Shown: piece by piece, positions 18,282 to 27,533 of the stretch
Layout of the letters: each line of letters starts with the position of its first letter
Numbering within the stretch: position 1 is the stretch's first letter
NCBI GenBank assembly: GCA_028683655.1
Contig: JAQUHK010000003.1
Coordinates: 1 to 53,838, forward strand
Reading direction: 5' to 3'
Source of the DNA: Alphaproteobacteria bacterium
GTDB taxonomy: Bacteria; Pseudomonadota; Alphaproteobacteria; UBA9219
Length of the DNA: 53,838 nt
Program-made: the position numbers and the translations under genes
Notes under the pieces: model-generated
Seen by the model: only the letters and a program-made list of their open reading frames with translations
Databases searched by the model: none
What the model was told of the DNA's origin: nothing

Positions 18282-18827
18282 CTATTTCGAAGCGGGGAGA
18301 TGCAGGTAAAGCCCCGCCATCTCAACCCCCGGGTTGCGCTCACCGATATTGGCAGTCGAGATGTGACTGAGATAGGCCGTCACCCGTACCTCGTTATCAA
18401 AGCGGAAACCCGCCTCAAAGGTCGAGCGAAACTCCAACGGATGGCCAAGCCGTTTGCCCTGATTCTGGTTGTAATACCCCACAGCAAAGTTGGGAGAGAC
18501 AACAATGTTCCGCCCGATCAGGAAATCGAGCACCAGTCCGCCATGCCCGTAAAACTGCTTGCGGGTGGACGTTTCAACACCCAGATAGGGATGAAGCTGG
18601 AACCATTCATCGGTCGAGGTAAAGCCGTCCGAAAGAGCGGAAAGAAGCGAAACACCCCACCGATGCTCCAGCCGGAAGTCGCCGCCGTTGCGATAAGGCG
18701 TGTTGATTAAAACTTCCTGCCACCCCGCCCCGAACGACAGCAAATCCGGCTGCCGCCCCGCCGCCTGCGCCGGAGCCGCCACACTCAAAACCAGCACGCC
18801 CGCCAGCAAAAATCTTTTCCACCCCAT
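18282..18827 (-). CDS. Acyloxyacyl hydrolase / lipid A 3-O-deacylase (PagL-like) outer-membrane protein
   Basis: Signal peptide MGWKRFLLAGVLVLSVAAPAQA. C-terminal SHISTANIGERNPGVEMAGLYLHLP resembles the PagL H-S-N catalytic region. An alternative start at ATG 18899 overlaps the ATP-grasp stop by 1 nt. Confidence 0.75.
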   Translation of the reverse strand: MGWKRFLLAGVLVLSVAAPAQAAGRQPDLLSFGAGWQEVLINTPYRNGGDFRLEHRWGVSLLSALSDGFTSTDEWFQLHPYLGVETSTRKQFYGHGGLVLDFLIGRNIVVSPNFAVGYYNQNQGKRLGHPLEFRSTFEAGFRFDNEVRVTAYLSHISTANIGERNPGVEMAGLYLHLPASK

Positions 18828-18898
18828 CCGAATCAGCCCCTGTCTTGCCTTGCAGAAGGTATCGCGCACGCTATCCGGCTTGGCAAGGGACAGCCGCA

Positions 18899-20206
18899 TC
18901 AAAGCGAACCAAGCTGTGACACAACAGAGGGAAGAAGGTCCTTTCCATTATGGGTTACAGGCCCATTGGTCACCAAACGCCCCCTTACGGCCACCGGATC
19001 GAGAACCACGCCCGCATCAGGAATCATATCCCAGCCCGCTCCTGCATCAAGAACCCCCGAAGAAACGGTCGCAACATCAGACAGATTGTGAAGATAGATT
19101 TGCGCCCGTTGTTTTTGCGCCAAGGCCTCTTCAAGATAGACCTCGGGCCGAGCCGAAAAAGGAATTCCCAGCCATGCCAGCAGGTGAGCCATCAAAATAT
19201 CGATACGATTGTCGTCTTGCGCCATCTGAACAGAAAGAGCGGTCGACCCTTGCAGGCGCGGGTTAAGTTCGACAAAAAACAGCTCGCCGTCTTGATAAAG
19301 CGCATCGACACCGAACGCCCCGACATAGCCCTGCGCCGACAACCACGCGCCGATCTGTTCCATCATTGTATGGCACAGCAAAAGGTCGGCTTTGCCCAGA
19401 AAAGAGGAAATCGAAAAGTCGTTCCCGCAATAACCGAAGGGACGGCAGGTTGCCTGAGGGCAGCCGATCAACTGAAGACGCGTTGGCCCCACGAAACAGC
19501 TGCCGCCCCGCGCAAGACAGGCTTCCATGTTCAAGGAAAGGGCTTCGCCCATATAAGGCGAGAAGCTACAGGTCGTGAACAAATCCGGCTTTTGCGTCAA
19601 CAGCTCGGAAAAAGCTTCCGGTGACGTGACCCTCCACAGATTCCGTCCGCCGCCCGAATAATCGCCGCGCACGACAAAAGAAACGTAAGCTTTGATGAAA
19701 GAATGAAAGGCCTCATCCTCCTGATCCCGAAATCGCAGAGAGGGCAGAACGGAAAGGCCTCTTCCCGCCAAAGCCTGTTGAACTTCGAACTTATTGTTCA
19801 ACTGGCGAGCTAACGCCGCCCCGATCCCCAGAAAGTCACCCCCCGCTTGCTGAACCTCGCTCTCAACGGGCTTACTAGCCCCATAGGGAACGAGCAGGAA
19901 CTCTTGCCCGCCACAAGCGGATATCCGGTCAAGCAGCCCTCGCCCCTCAGGAGACGGGTCAAGATCAAGCAAGTAATCATCCAGATCGACGCGCCGCTTT
20001 GTGTGGTGCTCAAGGCAATACTCATCCAGCCCCGCCAAAGAAAGCGGCGAGATCAACGACAAAAAGCTTACAGATTCGAGCCCATATGTCGTCAGCGAAA
20101 CAGCATCCGTCGACCGAACCCCGAACCACAGAAGCTTCTTGCGCCCAATCGCCTGCCGGATAGCCTCAAGAGCCTGCCTCCGATTCATCTCCGCTCCTGT
20201 CATCAA
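18899..20206 (-). CDS. ATP-grasp domain protein of unknown substrate
   Basis: GAFGVDALYQDGELFFVELNPRLQGS is the ATP-grasp Mg/ATP-binding strand motif (E-x-N-P-R). About 150 aa of uncharacterised N-terminal domain. Lies 24 nt downstream of pepN on the same strand. Confidence 0.75.
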   Translation of the reverse strand: MMTGAEMNRRQALEAIRQAIGRKKLLWFGVRSTDAVSLTTYGLESVSFLSLISPLSLAGLDEYCLEHHTKRRVDLDDYLLDLDPSPEGRGLLDRISACGGQEFLLVPYGASKPVESEVQQAGGDFLGIGAALARQLNNKFEVQQALAGRGLSVLPSLRFRDQEDEAFHSFIKAYVSFVVRGDYSGGGRNLWRVTSPEAFSELLTQKPDLFTTCSFSPYMGEALSLNMEACLARGGSCFVGPTRLQLIGCPQATCRPFGYCGNDFSISSFLGKADLLLCHTMMEQIGAWLSAQGYVGAFGVDALYQDGELFFVELNPRLQGSTALSVQMAQDDNRIDILMAHLLAWLGIPFSARPEVYLEEALAQKQRAQIYLHNLSDVATVSSGVLDAGAGWDMIPDAGVVLDPVAVRGRLVTNGPVTHNGKDLLPSVVSQLGSL

Positions 20207-20230
20207 GCCTCAAAGCACAGAGAACTACCG

Positions 20231-22897
20231 TTACTTCGCCGCCAAAGCCTTGGTGACGATTTCTTTGACGTTGCCAGAGAGCTTGGGGGCGGCGGCTAGT
20301 TTTTGGAGCTCGGCTTTCATCAGTTTCTGGCGTTTGGCATCGAAGTCCTTCCAGCGCAGGAAGGTCTTGGCCAGACGGCCCGAGGCGTGGGGATTGACCT
20401 TGTCCACGGCCAGCGTCATCTCGCCGATAAAGGCATAGCCGCTGCCGTCCGCCGCATGGAAGCCCAGCGGATTGGTCGCGAAAACGCCGATCAACGCCGA
20501 GACGCGGTTCGGGTTTTTGAAGGTGAAGGCCTTGTGCTTGAGGAGCTTGCGCACGGTGACCAGCACATCGCTGCGCCGCGCCGCCGCCTGCACACTCATC
20601 CAATCATCCATGATGGAAGGCTTGCCCTCATATTTCTTGGCGAACTGTGCCAGCATCTTGTCCGCCAGCTTCGTGCCCTGATCCGCGAGGATATGCAGGG
20701 CAGCGATTTGGTCGGTCATGTTCTTGGATCCCGCCACCGCGCTGGCCGCCAAGGGGGCAACCGTCTCTGGCTCCACCTTCGCCAGATAGGCAAGGCACAG
20801 GTTTTTCAGGCTGCGCCTGCCGCGCGCGAGGCCGTCGCTGGCCTTTTCATCAAGATCGCGCTCGATGGATTCATACACGGCCCACAGATCGTCCGACAGA
20901 GCCTCGGCCATCACCTTGATCACGCGCTGACGCTTTTCGTAAAGCTTGAGCGGGTTGATCTTCTGGCCCTGCGCAAGCAAGGTCAGGCCCAATTCGGATT
21001 CCGACGGCAGCGCCAGCATCATGGCCTTGGTCGCAGCGTCCAGCTTTTTATCGCGCAGAACCTTGCGCAGCGATTCAAGAAACGCCGCCGGTACCGGCTC
21101 GTCACCCAGCACATATTTGGAGAAGAGCGTCTGGCCCGCTTCCCAGCGGTTAAAGCCGTCCTTGTCCTTGGCCAAGATCACGCGCAGCTCATCATCCGTG
21201 TAGGGATAGTTCACGCGCACGGGCGCGGAGAAATCGCGCAGCAGCGAGGGGATAGGCTTGGTTTCGACATTGAGGAACACGAACACTTCTTCGGGCGAGG
21301 CGATGTCCAGCACGAATGTGCCCTTCATATCGTTGCCCTGTTGATCCAGAAGGCCGACACAGAACGGCATGTTCAGGGGATATTTCTCCTTCTGTCCCGC
21401 CGTGGAGGCACAGCTTTGCTTGACGCGCAGCGTGTATTCCTTTTTCTTTTCGTCATACGCGGACGTAACATCCAGCACGGGCGTTCCCGCCTGCGCATAC
21501 CACAGCATAAAGTGATCGAGATCGATCCCGTTCGCTTCGGCCATCGCGGCAACGAAATCGTCGCAGGTCGCGGCCTGTCCGTCGTGACGCTTCAAATACA
21601 AACGAAGGCCCTTACGGAATCCGGCGCGGCCCACCATCGTCTGGATCATGCGCACGACTTCGGCGCCCTTTTGATAGACGGTGGAGGTATAGAAATTGTC
21701 GATCTGCTGATAGCTGGCGGGGCGGATCGGGTGCGCCATCGCGCCCGCATCCTCTGGGAACTGGCGATTGCGCATCGTCGCCACCGCATGCAGCCGCTCA
21801 AGCGCACGGCCATTCATGTCACCACAGAACTCTTGCTCACGGAAAACGGTCAGGCCTTCCTTCAAGCTCAGTTGAAACCAGTCGCGGCAAGTGACGCGGT
21901 CGCCGGTGTAATTGTGGAAATACTCGTGCCCGACCACGCGTTCGAAAAACGCAATATCGGCATCGGTCGCGGTATCGGCGCGGCCAAGGACGCAAGCATC
22001 ATTAAAGATATTCAGGCCCTTGTTCTCCATCGCGCCGTAATTAAAGAAGCTGACGGCCACAATCATGAAACGATCAAGATCATATTCAAGGCCATAGGTT
22101 TTCTCATCCCACGCCATCGCCTTTTTGATGGACTCCATGGCAAAGCCTGTCTCGCTCTTACGGCCCGGCTCCACATAAATCTCTAGCAAAACGTCGCGGC
22201 CCGACTTGGTCGTGAACGTATCGGAAACCTTGTCCATCTTGCCCGCGACCAGCGCGAACAGATAGCACGGCTTCGCAAACGGATCTTCCCAAACCGCATA
22301 ATGCCGCCCGCCCTTCTCGCTGCCCTTCTTGACCAGATTGCCGTTCGCCAAAAGGATCGGATAGGTTTTCTTGTCCGCATGGATCGTGACGCGAAACTTC
22401 GTCAGCACATCGGGACGATCGGGGTAATAGGTGATACGGCGAAAGCCTTCGGACTCGCACTGCGTACACAGCAGCGGCCCCGCCTGATACAGGCCCGACA
22501 GAGCCGTGTTCTTCGCAGGCACATTCGTGCTGACAATCTCGATCACCGCTTCATCGGGGACGTAGGGGATAATCAGTTTATGCTCGCTCAGCTCATAGCT
22601 TTGCTTGGACAGCTCAACGCCGTTGATGGTGACGCTCTCCAGCTTTTGCGCCTCGCCATCCAGCTCAAGCGCATCGCCGCCTTCGCTGGCGGGATTGCGG
22701 TAAACTTCAAAGCGCGACGAGACGCGCGTGATCTTGTCCTGAATATCAAAATCCAGTTCCATCGACCGCACAAGAAAAACGGGCGGCTTGTAATCAGCCA
22801 AGAAAACTTCGTTCGGCGCAACCGCTTTTTTCACGGCTTTTTTCTCGGTCTTTTTCATCTCTTTTTTCGCTTCTGATTTCTTTGCTGTCGCTGTCAT
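20231..22897 (-). CDS. pepN: Aminopeptidase N
   Basis: GAMENKGLNIFN and VVGHEYFHNYTGDRVTCRDWFQLSLKEGLTVF (HExxH-18-E zinc site). 888 aa. Confidence 0.96.
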   Translation of the reverse strand: MTATAKKSEAKKEMKKTEKKAVKKAVAPNEVFLADYKPPVFLVRSMELDFDIQDKITRVSSRFEVYRNPASEGGDALELDGEAQKLESVTINGVELSKQSYELSEHKLIIPYVPDEAVIEIVSTNVPAKNTALSGLYQAGPLLCTQCESEGFRRITYYPDRPDVLTKFRVTIHADKKTYPILLANGNLVKKGSEKGGRHYAVWEDPFAKPCYLFALVAGKMDKVSDTFTTKSGRDVLLEIYVEPGRKSETGFAMESIKKAMAWDEKTYGLEYDLDRFMIVAVSFFNYGAMENKGLNIFNDACVLGRADTATDADIAFFERVVGHEYFHNYTGDRVTCRDWFQLSLKEGLTVFREQEFCGDMNGRALERLHAVATMRNRQFPEDAGAMAHPIRPASYQQIDNFYTSTVYQKGAEVVRMIQTMVGRAGFRKGLRLYLKRHDGQAATCDDFVAAMAEANGIDLDHFMLWYAQAGTPVLDVTSAYDEKKKEYTLRVKQSCASTAGQKEKYPLNMPFCVGLLDQQGNDMKGTFVLDIASPEEVFVFLNVETKPIPSLLRDFSAPVRVNYPYTDDELRVILAKDKDGFNRWEAGQTLFSKYVLGDEPVPAAFLESLRKVLRDKKLDAATKAMMLALPSESELGLTLLAQGQKINPLKLYEKRQRVIKVMAEALSDDLWAVYESIERDLDEKASDGLARGRRSLKNLCLAYLAKVEPETVAPLAASAVAGSKNMTDQIAALHILADQGTKLADKMLAQFAKKYEGKPSIMDDWMSVQAAARRSDVLVTVRKLLKHKAFTFKNPNRVSALIGVFATNPLGFHAADGSGYAFIGEMTLAVDKVNPHASGRLAKTFLRWKDFDAKRQKLMKAELQKLAAAPKLSGNVKEIVTKALAAK

Positions 22898-22943
22898 CTG
22901 ACTATTCCTTTTCTTTCAATTCTGCCCCATTTGAAGGGAAACT

Positions 22944-23122
22944 GTTTTTCCTCTCCCCCGGCGGGAGAGGATAGAAAAACTTGGTCTTGCGTCAGCAAGG
23001 CCTTAGTTTTTCTTGGCGAGGGGGTAAGCCACTGCGGTTCATTACCCCCACTCTTGCAAAATCTAAGACTTACTTCGTAAGCCTAAGGTTTTGCTTTCTC
23101 CCCCGCCAAGGGGGAGAAAAAC
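22944..23122. repeat. MITE-like palindromic element, family E (nested palindromes)
   Basis: Termini GTTTTTCCTCTCCCCC / GGGGGAGAAAAAC. Hairpins CCTCTCCC-ccggc-GGGAGAGG and TCTCCCCC-gccaa-GGGGGAGA. Inner inverted pair CTTAGTTTTTCTTGGCGAGGGGGTAA / TTACCCCCACTCTTGCAAAATCTAAG. Confidence 0.75.
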
Positions 23123-23154
23123 AATAAACCAACCAACGAGCCCACCCTCTCGCC

Positions 23155-23520
23155 TCAATACATATCCAGCGCGAAGCGCGCTTCCTCTGACATCCGCGAA
23201 GGGTCCCATGGCGGCTCCCAGACCAGCTCTACGCGAACTTCGTTAAAATCCGGTATCTTGGCGGTGAGGGAATCATAGACCATCGCGGGGATCATGTCAG
23301 CCATCGGGCAATTGGCCGTGGTCAGCGTCATCTGGACCAGCAGGTTCAAGGCTCCATCGGCAAGGCACGTCACGTCAATCGTATAAACCAGCCCCAAATC
23401 ATAGATGTTCACGGGGATTTCAGGGTCATACACGGTGCGCAACACCTCCACCACCCGCTCCGTCATCTCGGCGTTCTGGGCTTGGGCCTCCTTGTTTTCC
23501 TGACTCGCTGTTTCAGTCAT
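23155..23520 (-). CDS. sufT: SUF system Fe-S assembly protein, DUF59 family (SufT-like)
   Basis: VVEVLRTVYDPEIPVNIYDLGLVY...TLTTANCPMADMIP...VELVWEPPWDPSRMSEEA. Start set at ATG 23520 (MTETASQ), overlapping the fic stop by 8 nt. Confidence 0.9.
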   Translation of the reverse strand: MTETASQENKEAQAQNAEMTERVVEVLRTVYDPEIPVNIYDLGLVYTIDVTCLADGALNLLVQMTLTTANCPMADMIPAMVYDSLTAKIPDFNEVRVELVWEPPWDPSRMSEEARFALDMY

Positions 23521-24655
23521 GGCTTCCGTCTCCGCTGATCCCTTTGGCAATTTCATAGGCCGTGCTGCGGCCGCCGCCATCCCCCTTGACCAACAGGCCG
23601 CGCCGGACAAGGTCCTGAATATCGCGCAGGGCCGTGTCGGGGGAGCATTTCGCGATCTTCGCCGCTTTTGATGTGGTGAACTTGCCTTCAAACCCGTCAA
23701 GCAACCTATTCACCATCAACCGCTGCCGCTCGCTCAGCCCCGCCGCCTCTGGCCTGTGCCAAAAATGCGCCTTTTCGAAGACCTTGGCGAGCTGTTTTTC
23801 CGTGGCGTCAAAGGCGCGGTCAAGGCATTCCAAAAACCAGACAAGCCAACCCGTCACGTCAAGCCCGCCTTTTTGTGTGCGCTCCAGCACGTCGTAATAG
23901 GCTTTACGCTCTACCCTTATCTGCGCCGACATACTGTAAAAACGCCAAGCCGTCCCGTCGCTGCGCGACAAAAGCATGTCGGCCAAAGCCCGCGCGATGC
24001 GCCCGTTTCCATCCTCGAACGGATGCAGCGTCACAAACCACAAATGCGCCAAGGCTGCCTTCAGGACAAGGTCCGTTTGCTCCTTTGCCTTAAACCAATC
24101 GAGAAAGGCCTCCATCTCGGCCTCAAGCCGTGCGGCGGCGGGAGCCTCGTAATGCACACGCTCCCTGCCCATGGGGCCAGAGACAACCTGCATCGGGCCT
24201 GCGGCATTGTCGCGCCATTGTCCGGTACGAATGTGGTGAAGGCCGCTGCGCCCCTCGGGGAACAGAGCGGCTTGCCAACCAAACAATCTTTCTTCAGAAA
24301 GAGGCGCGTCAAAATGCTGCGTGGCATCCAGCATCATTTCAACCACGCCGTCCACATGCCGGTCCGCCGGGATCAATGCGTCCCTATCCAGACCAAGCCG
24401 CCGCGCCAATGACGAGCGCACCTGTCCGGCATCCAGTACTTCACCCTCAATCTCGCTTGATTTTAAAACATCCAACGTCAAAGAAGCCAAAGAGGCCTCC
24501 TGCCTCAACGAAAAGCCCATGGCTTCCATTTGCCCCAAAAGCCATCCTTGCCTGTGCCGCAGGGCAGCTAATCGCGACAGCAAAGACTCCTCATCCCAAC
24601 GAAAATGGGGCCAATCGGCTTGTTCATGGATATACACGCTTATTCTCCGCATCAT
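23513..24655 (-). CDS. Fic family protein, class II (DUF4172 N-terminus, Fic core, C-terminal winged HTH)
   Basis: Fic motif HPFEDGNGRIARALADML. N-terminal inhibitory-helix motif SSEIEG, matching (S/T)xxxE(G/N). DWPHFRWD is typical of DUF4172. The C-terminus KIAKCSPDTALRDIQDLVRRGLLV is wHTH-like. Confidence 0.9.
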   Translation of the reverse strand: MMRRISVYIHEQADWPHFRWDEESLLSRLAALRHRQGWLLGQMEAMGFSLRQEASLASLTLDVLKSSEIEGEVLDAGQVRSSLARRLGLDRDALIPADRHVDGVVEMMLDATQHFDAPLSEERLFGWQAALFPEGRSGLHHIRTGQWRDNAAGPMQVVSGPMGRERVHYEAPAAARLEAEMEAFLDWFKAKEQTDLVLKAALAHLWFVTLHPFEDGNGRIARALADMLLSRSDGTAWRFYSMSAQIRVERKAYYDVLERTQKGGLDVTGWLVWFLECLDRAFDATEKQLAKVFEKAHFWHRPEAAGLSERQRLMVNRLLDGFEGKFTTSKAAKIAKCSPDTALRDIQDLVRRGLLVKGDGGGRSTAYEIAKGISGDGSHD

Positions 24656-24749
24656 TTGCGGTGATTATACCCCTTATTCACCGCAGAAGCAAGCCTATTC
24701 TCCGCACGCTTTGCGGTGAATAGGGCCCATATTCACGGCAGGTTATTTC
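24640..24749. promoter_or_regulatory. Tandem ~55-bp duplication carrying six yTATTCwCCGCA half-sites (two 12-5-12 palindromes plus two single sites); candidate operator/promoter of fic
   Basis: Half-sites at 24640..24651 (+), 24657..24668 (-), 24674..24685 (+), 24695..24706 (+), 24712..24723 (-) and 24729..24740 (+). Fills the 105-nt sufU-fic gap and covers the fic ATG (24655). Confidence 0.55.
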
Positions 24750-24760
24750 TTTTCAACGAC

Positions 24761-25246
24761 TTACTCCGTAGCCACCTTTTTCACGGCTTTCGGGTCGAGG
24801 GCGGATTCGAGGGTGCGCCATGCGAGGGTCGCGCATTTGACGCGCACGGGATAGTGACGCACGCCAGAGAGGGCTTGCAGGCGGTCGATGTCGTCTTCCG
24901 CCAGCCCCTCGGTCATGTCGGCGGGCGTGGCGTTGCTTTTGCACACAGCCTCGAAATAGGCCCAGAGCTTTTTCGCCTCAGCTGCCGTTTTACCCTTGAG
25001 CATCTCGGTCATCATCGAGGCCGAGGCGACCGAGATGGCGCAGCCCGTCCCCTGAAACGCGGCATCCGCGATGCGACCATCCTCACCGACGCGCAGGAAC
25101 AAAACCAGCTTGTCGCCGCACAAAGGGTTATGCCCCACCGCCTCGCAGTCTGCCGGATCAATCACATGGAAATTGCGCGGCCTTTTGCCGTGATCGAGGA
25201 TCATGTCCTGATACAGCTCGCGCAGATCATTATCGGTTTCGCTCAT
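24761..25246 (-). CDS. sufU: SUF system NifU-family Fe-S scaffold/sulfur acceptor (SufU-like)
   Basis: LYQDMILDHGKRPRNF, GHNPLCGDKLVLFL, FQGTGCAISVASASMMTE. Confidence 0.9.
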   Translation of the reverse strand: MSETDNDLRELYQDMILDHGKRPRNFHVIDPADCEAVGHNPLCGDKLVLFLRVGEDGRIADAAFQGTGCAISVASASMMTEMLKGKTAAEAKKLWAYFEAVCKSNATPADMTEGLAEDDIDRLQALSGVRHYPVRVKCATLAWRTLESALDPKAVKKVATE

Positions 25247-26457
25247 CCAAAGATTCCCTGTACCTTGAAAAGGCCGACCGCCAGCGCGTTGATGTCGGCC
25301 TCGTCATTATAAAGCCCCAGCGAGGCCCGCACCGTTGCCGCAAGCCCCAAAGCCTCCATGGCCGGTTGGGCGCAATGATGCCCTGCCCTTATGGCGATTC
25401 CGTGGCTGTCCAATATGGTGCCGATATCGTGCGGGTGAATGCCGTCCATCACAAACGACAAAATCCCTGCCTTGCGGGGCGCGGTGCCGATCAGGCGCAC
25501 GCCCTTCATCTCGCCAATCACCTGCGTTGCATAGGCGAGCAGCGCGTCTTCATGCGCGGCGATCTTGTCCATCCCGATGCTTGAGACATAATCCAGCGCG
25601 GCGGCCAGCCCCACCACTTGCGCGATCGGCGGTGTGCCCGCTTCAAAGCGCATGGGCGGCTCTTGATAGATCGTCTCCTCAAACGTCACCGAGGCGATCA
25701 TATCCCCGCCGCCCTGATAGGGCGGCATGTCGCGCAAAATCGCCCGTTTGCCATACAGCACGCCAATGCCCGTGGGGCCATAGATTTTGTGGCCAGAGAA
25801 CACATAAAAATCCGCATCGAGCTTTTGCACATCCACGCTGCGGTGGCTCACAGCCTGACTGCCATCCAGCAACACAGGAATGCCTTTGTCGTGCGCGGCC
25901 TTGATAATCTCTTCAACAGGCAAAACGGTGCCCAGCGCGTTGGACACATGCGCCACGGAAACAAGTTTTGTTTTCGCATTCAGCGCAGCCAACACATCCT
26001 CAAGCAGCACGTCGCCATTGCTTTGGATCGGCACGACGCGCAAGACGCAGCCCGTCTGTGCGCGCAGCATTTGCCACGGCACGATGTTGGCGTGATGCTC
26101 AAGCTGGGTCAGGACAATCTCATCCCCCTCGCGCAGATTTTCATGCCCCCATGTGGCGGCGACCAGATTGATCGACTCGGTTGCGCCACGCGTGAAGATA
26201 ATCTCGTCCTCATGCGCCGCGCCGATAAACTTTTGAACCACACCTCGCGCCCTGTCATAGGCATCGGTCGCCCGCATCGACAAATCATGCACGCCGCGAT
26301 GAATGTTCGCATAGTCCGTTTCATAAAAGCGCGTCAGCGCGTCGATGACGTGGCGCGGCTTTTGCGCGCTCGCCCCGCTGTCCAGATAAACAAGTGGATG
26401 GCCATGGATTTTCTGTCCGAAAACAGGGAAGTCTTTTTTCAATTCTAGCCCAGCCAT
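25243..26457 (-). CDS. sufS: Cysteine desulfurase SufS
   Basis: VYLDSGASAQKP, ANIHRGVHDLS, FSGHKIYGPTGIGVLYG (PLP Lys), RAGHHCAQP (active-site Cys). Confidence 0.95.
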   Translation of the reverse strand: MAGLELKKDFPVFGQKIHGHPLVYLDSGASAQKPRHVIDALTRFYETDYANIHRGVHDLSMRATDAYDRARGVVQKFIGAAHEDEIIFTRGATESINLVAATWGHENLREGDEIVLTQLEHHANIVPWQMLRAQTGCVLRVVPIQSNGDVLLEDVLAALNAKTKLVSVAHVSNALGTVLPVEEIIKAAHDKGIPVLLDGSQAVSHRSVDVQKLDADFYVFSGHKIYGPTGIGVLYGKRAILRDMPPYQGGGDMIASVTFEETIYQEPPMRFEAGTPPIAQVVGLAAALDYVSSIGMDKIAAHEDALLAYATQVIGEMKGVRLIGTAPRKAGILSFVMDGIHPHDIGTILDSHGIAIRAGHHCAQPAMEALGLAATVRASLGLYNDEADINALAVGLFKVQGIFG

Positions 26458-27533
26458 GCCGTCACCTCCTTGCGCACAAGATCGGCAATCTCTGCCGACT
26501 GCACCTGGTCCACCAGCTCGCCGATAAACGCGCCAACCAGCAAGGCCCGCGCTTCTTGCTCACCGATCCCGCGCGAGCGCAGGTAAAACAAAGCCTCCTC
26601 ATCCAGATCGCCAATGGCGGTGCCGTGCGAGCACTTCACATCGTCGGCATAAATCTCGAGTTCGGGCTTCGCGTCCATCTCGGCCTGCGCCGACAACAAC
26701 AGGGCGCGGCATAATTGATACCCGTCCGTTTTCTGGGCTCCCTTGGCGACATAAATCTTCCCCTGAAACACGCCCCGCGCCTTACCATCCAGCACGCTTT
26801 TAACAATCTGGCGGCTCGTACCAAGCGGCGCGTTATGCCAGACAGTTGAAACAATGTCGGCCTGCGCCGCGCCGCGCAGCAGCATCGCCGCCAACAGCCG
26901 CGCATCGGCAAGCGGCCCGCGCAGCACCACCTCGCTCTCACAGCGCACCAGCCGTCCGCCTGTCACCAGCGCGAAATGATCGTAAAACGCCCCCGCTGCA
27001 ATCTCGACCAGCGAAGACGCAATCTGGACATAGCCCGCATCGCCTTGTACCAGCTTGGCGTGGACCAGCTTGGCCTGATCCGCCAGCGTGATCTGCGTCT
27101 GCATCGTGTGAAGCTTGGCCGCGCTGCCGTGGCACAGATGCCGCTCGATCAGCGTCAGGCGCGCGCTTGTCCCCAATGACAGCGACAAAATGTTGGACGA
27201 TTCCTGCGCCGCGCCCTCGCCCGTCGCGATAAACAAAAGCTCTAACGGCATGGAGGCCAGACAGGTTTGCGCGGCAAGCGAGAGCGTGAGGTGCCCATCG
27301 TCTTCAACCTTTAGGAACCCTTCCGGCAAGCCTTTCTCATCCGACAATACGGGGCAATAGCCTCCATTGACGAACACCAACCGTTGCCATAGCGCAGGCG
27401 GCGGCAGCGGAAACCCCGCCTTGCAATCCTGATTGGCCGCAACAAAGTTCTGCGCCGCCAACGGCGCAAGGTCCGTGTACCGCCACGCCTCGCGCTTCTC
27501 CCTGCTGCGCTGAAGAAGAGCCGCGAGGGTCAT
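26445..27533 (-). CDS. sufD: Fe-S cluster assembly protein SufD
   Basis: C-terminal GKIYVAKGAQKTDGYQLCRALLLS...AKPELEIYADDVKCSHGTAIGDLDEEALFYLRSRGI. Start set at ATG 27533, an ATGA overlap with the HAD stop. Confidence 0.92.
   Translation of the reverse strand: MTLAALLQRSREKREAWRYTDLAPLAAQNFVAANQDCKAGFPLPPPALWQRLVFVNGGYCPVLSDEKGLPEGFLKVEDDGHLTLSLAAQTCLASMPLELLFIATGEGAAQESSNILSLSLGTSARLTLIERHLCHGSAAKLHTMQTQITLADQAKLVHAKLVQGDAGYVQIASSLVEIAAGAFYDHFALVTGGRLVRCESEVVLRGPLADARLLAAMLLRGAAQADIVSTVWHNAPLGTSRQIVKSVLDGKARGVFQGKIYVAKGAQKTDGYQLCRALLLSAQAEMDAKPELEIYADDVKCSHGTAIGDLDEEALFYLRSRGIGEQEARALLVGAFIGELVDQVQSAEIADLVRKEVTAWLG

Noticed and set aside
20303-22186. 627-aa plus-strand ORF
   Set aside because: Antisense to pepN (clear HExxH-E aminopeptidase N). 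Its composition is typical of a GC-rich shadow frame.
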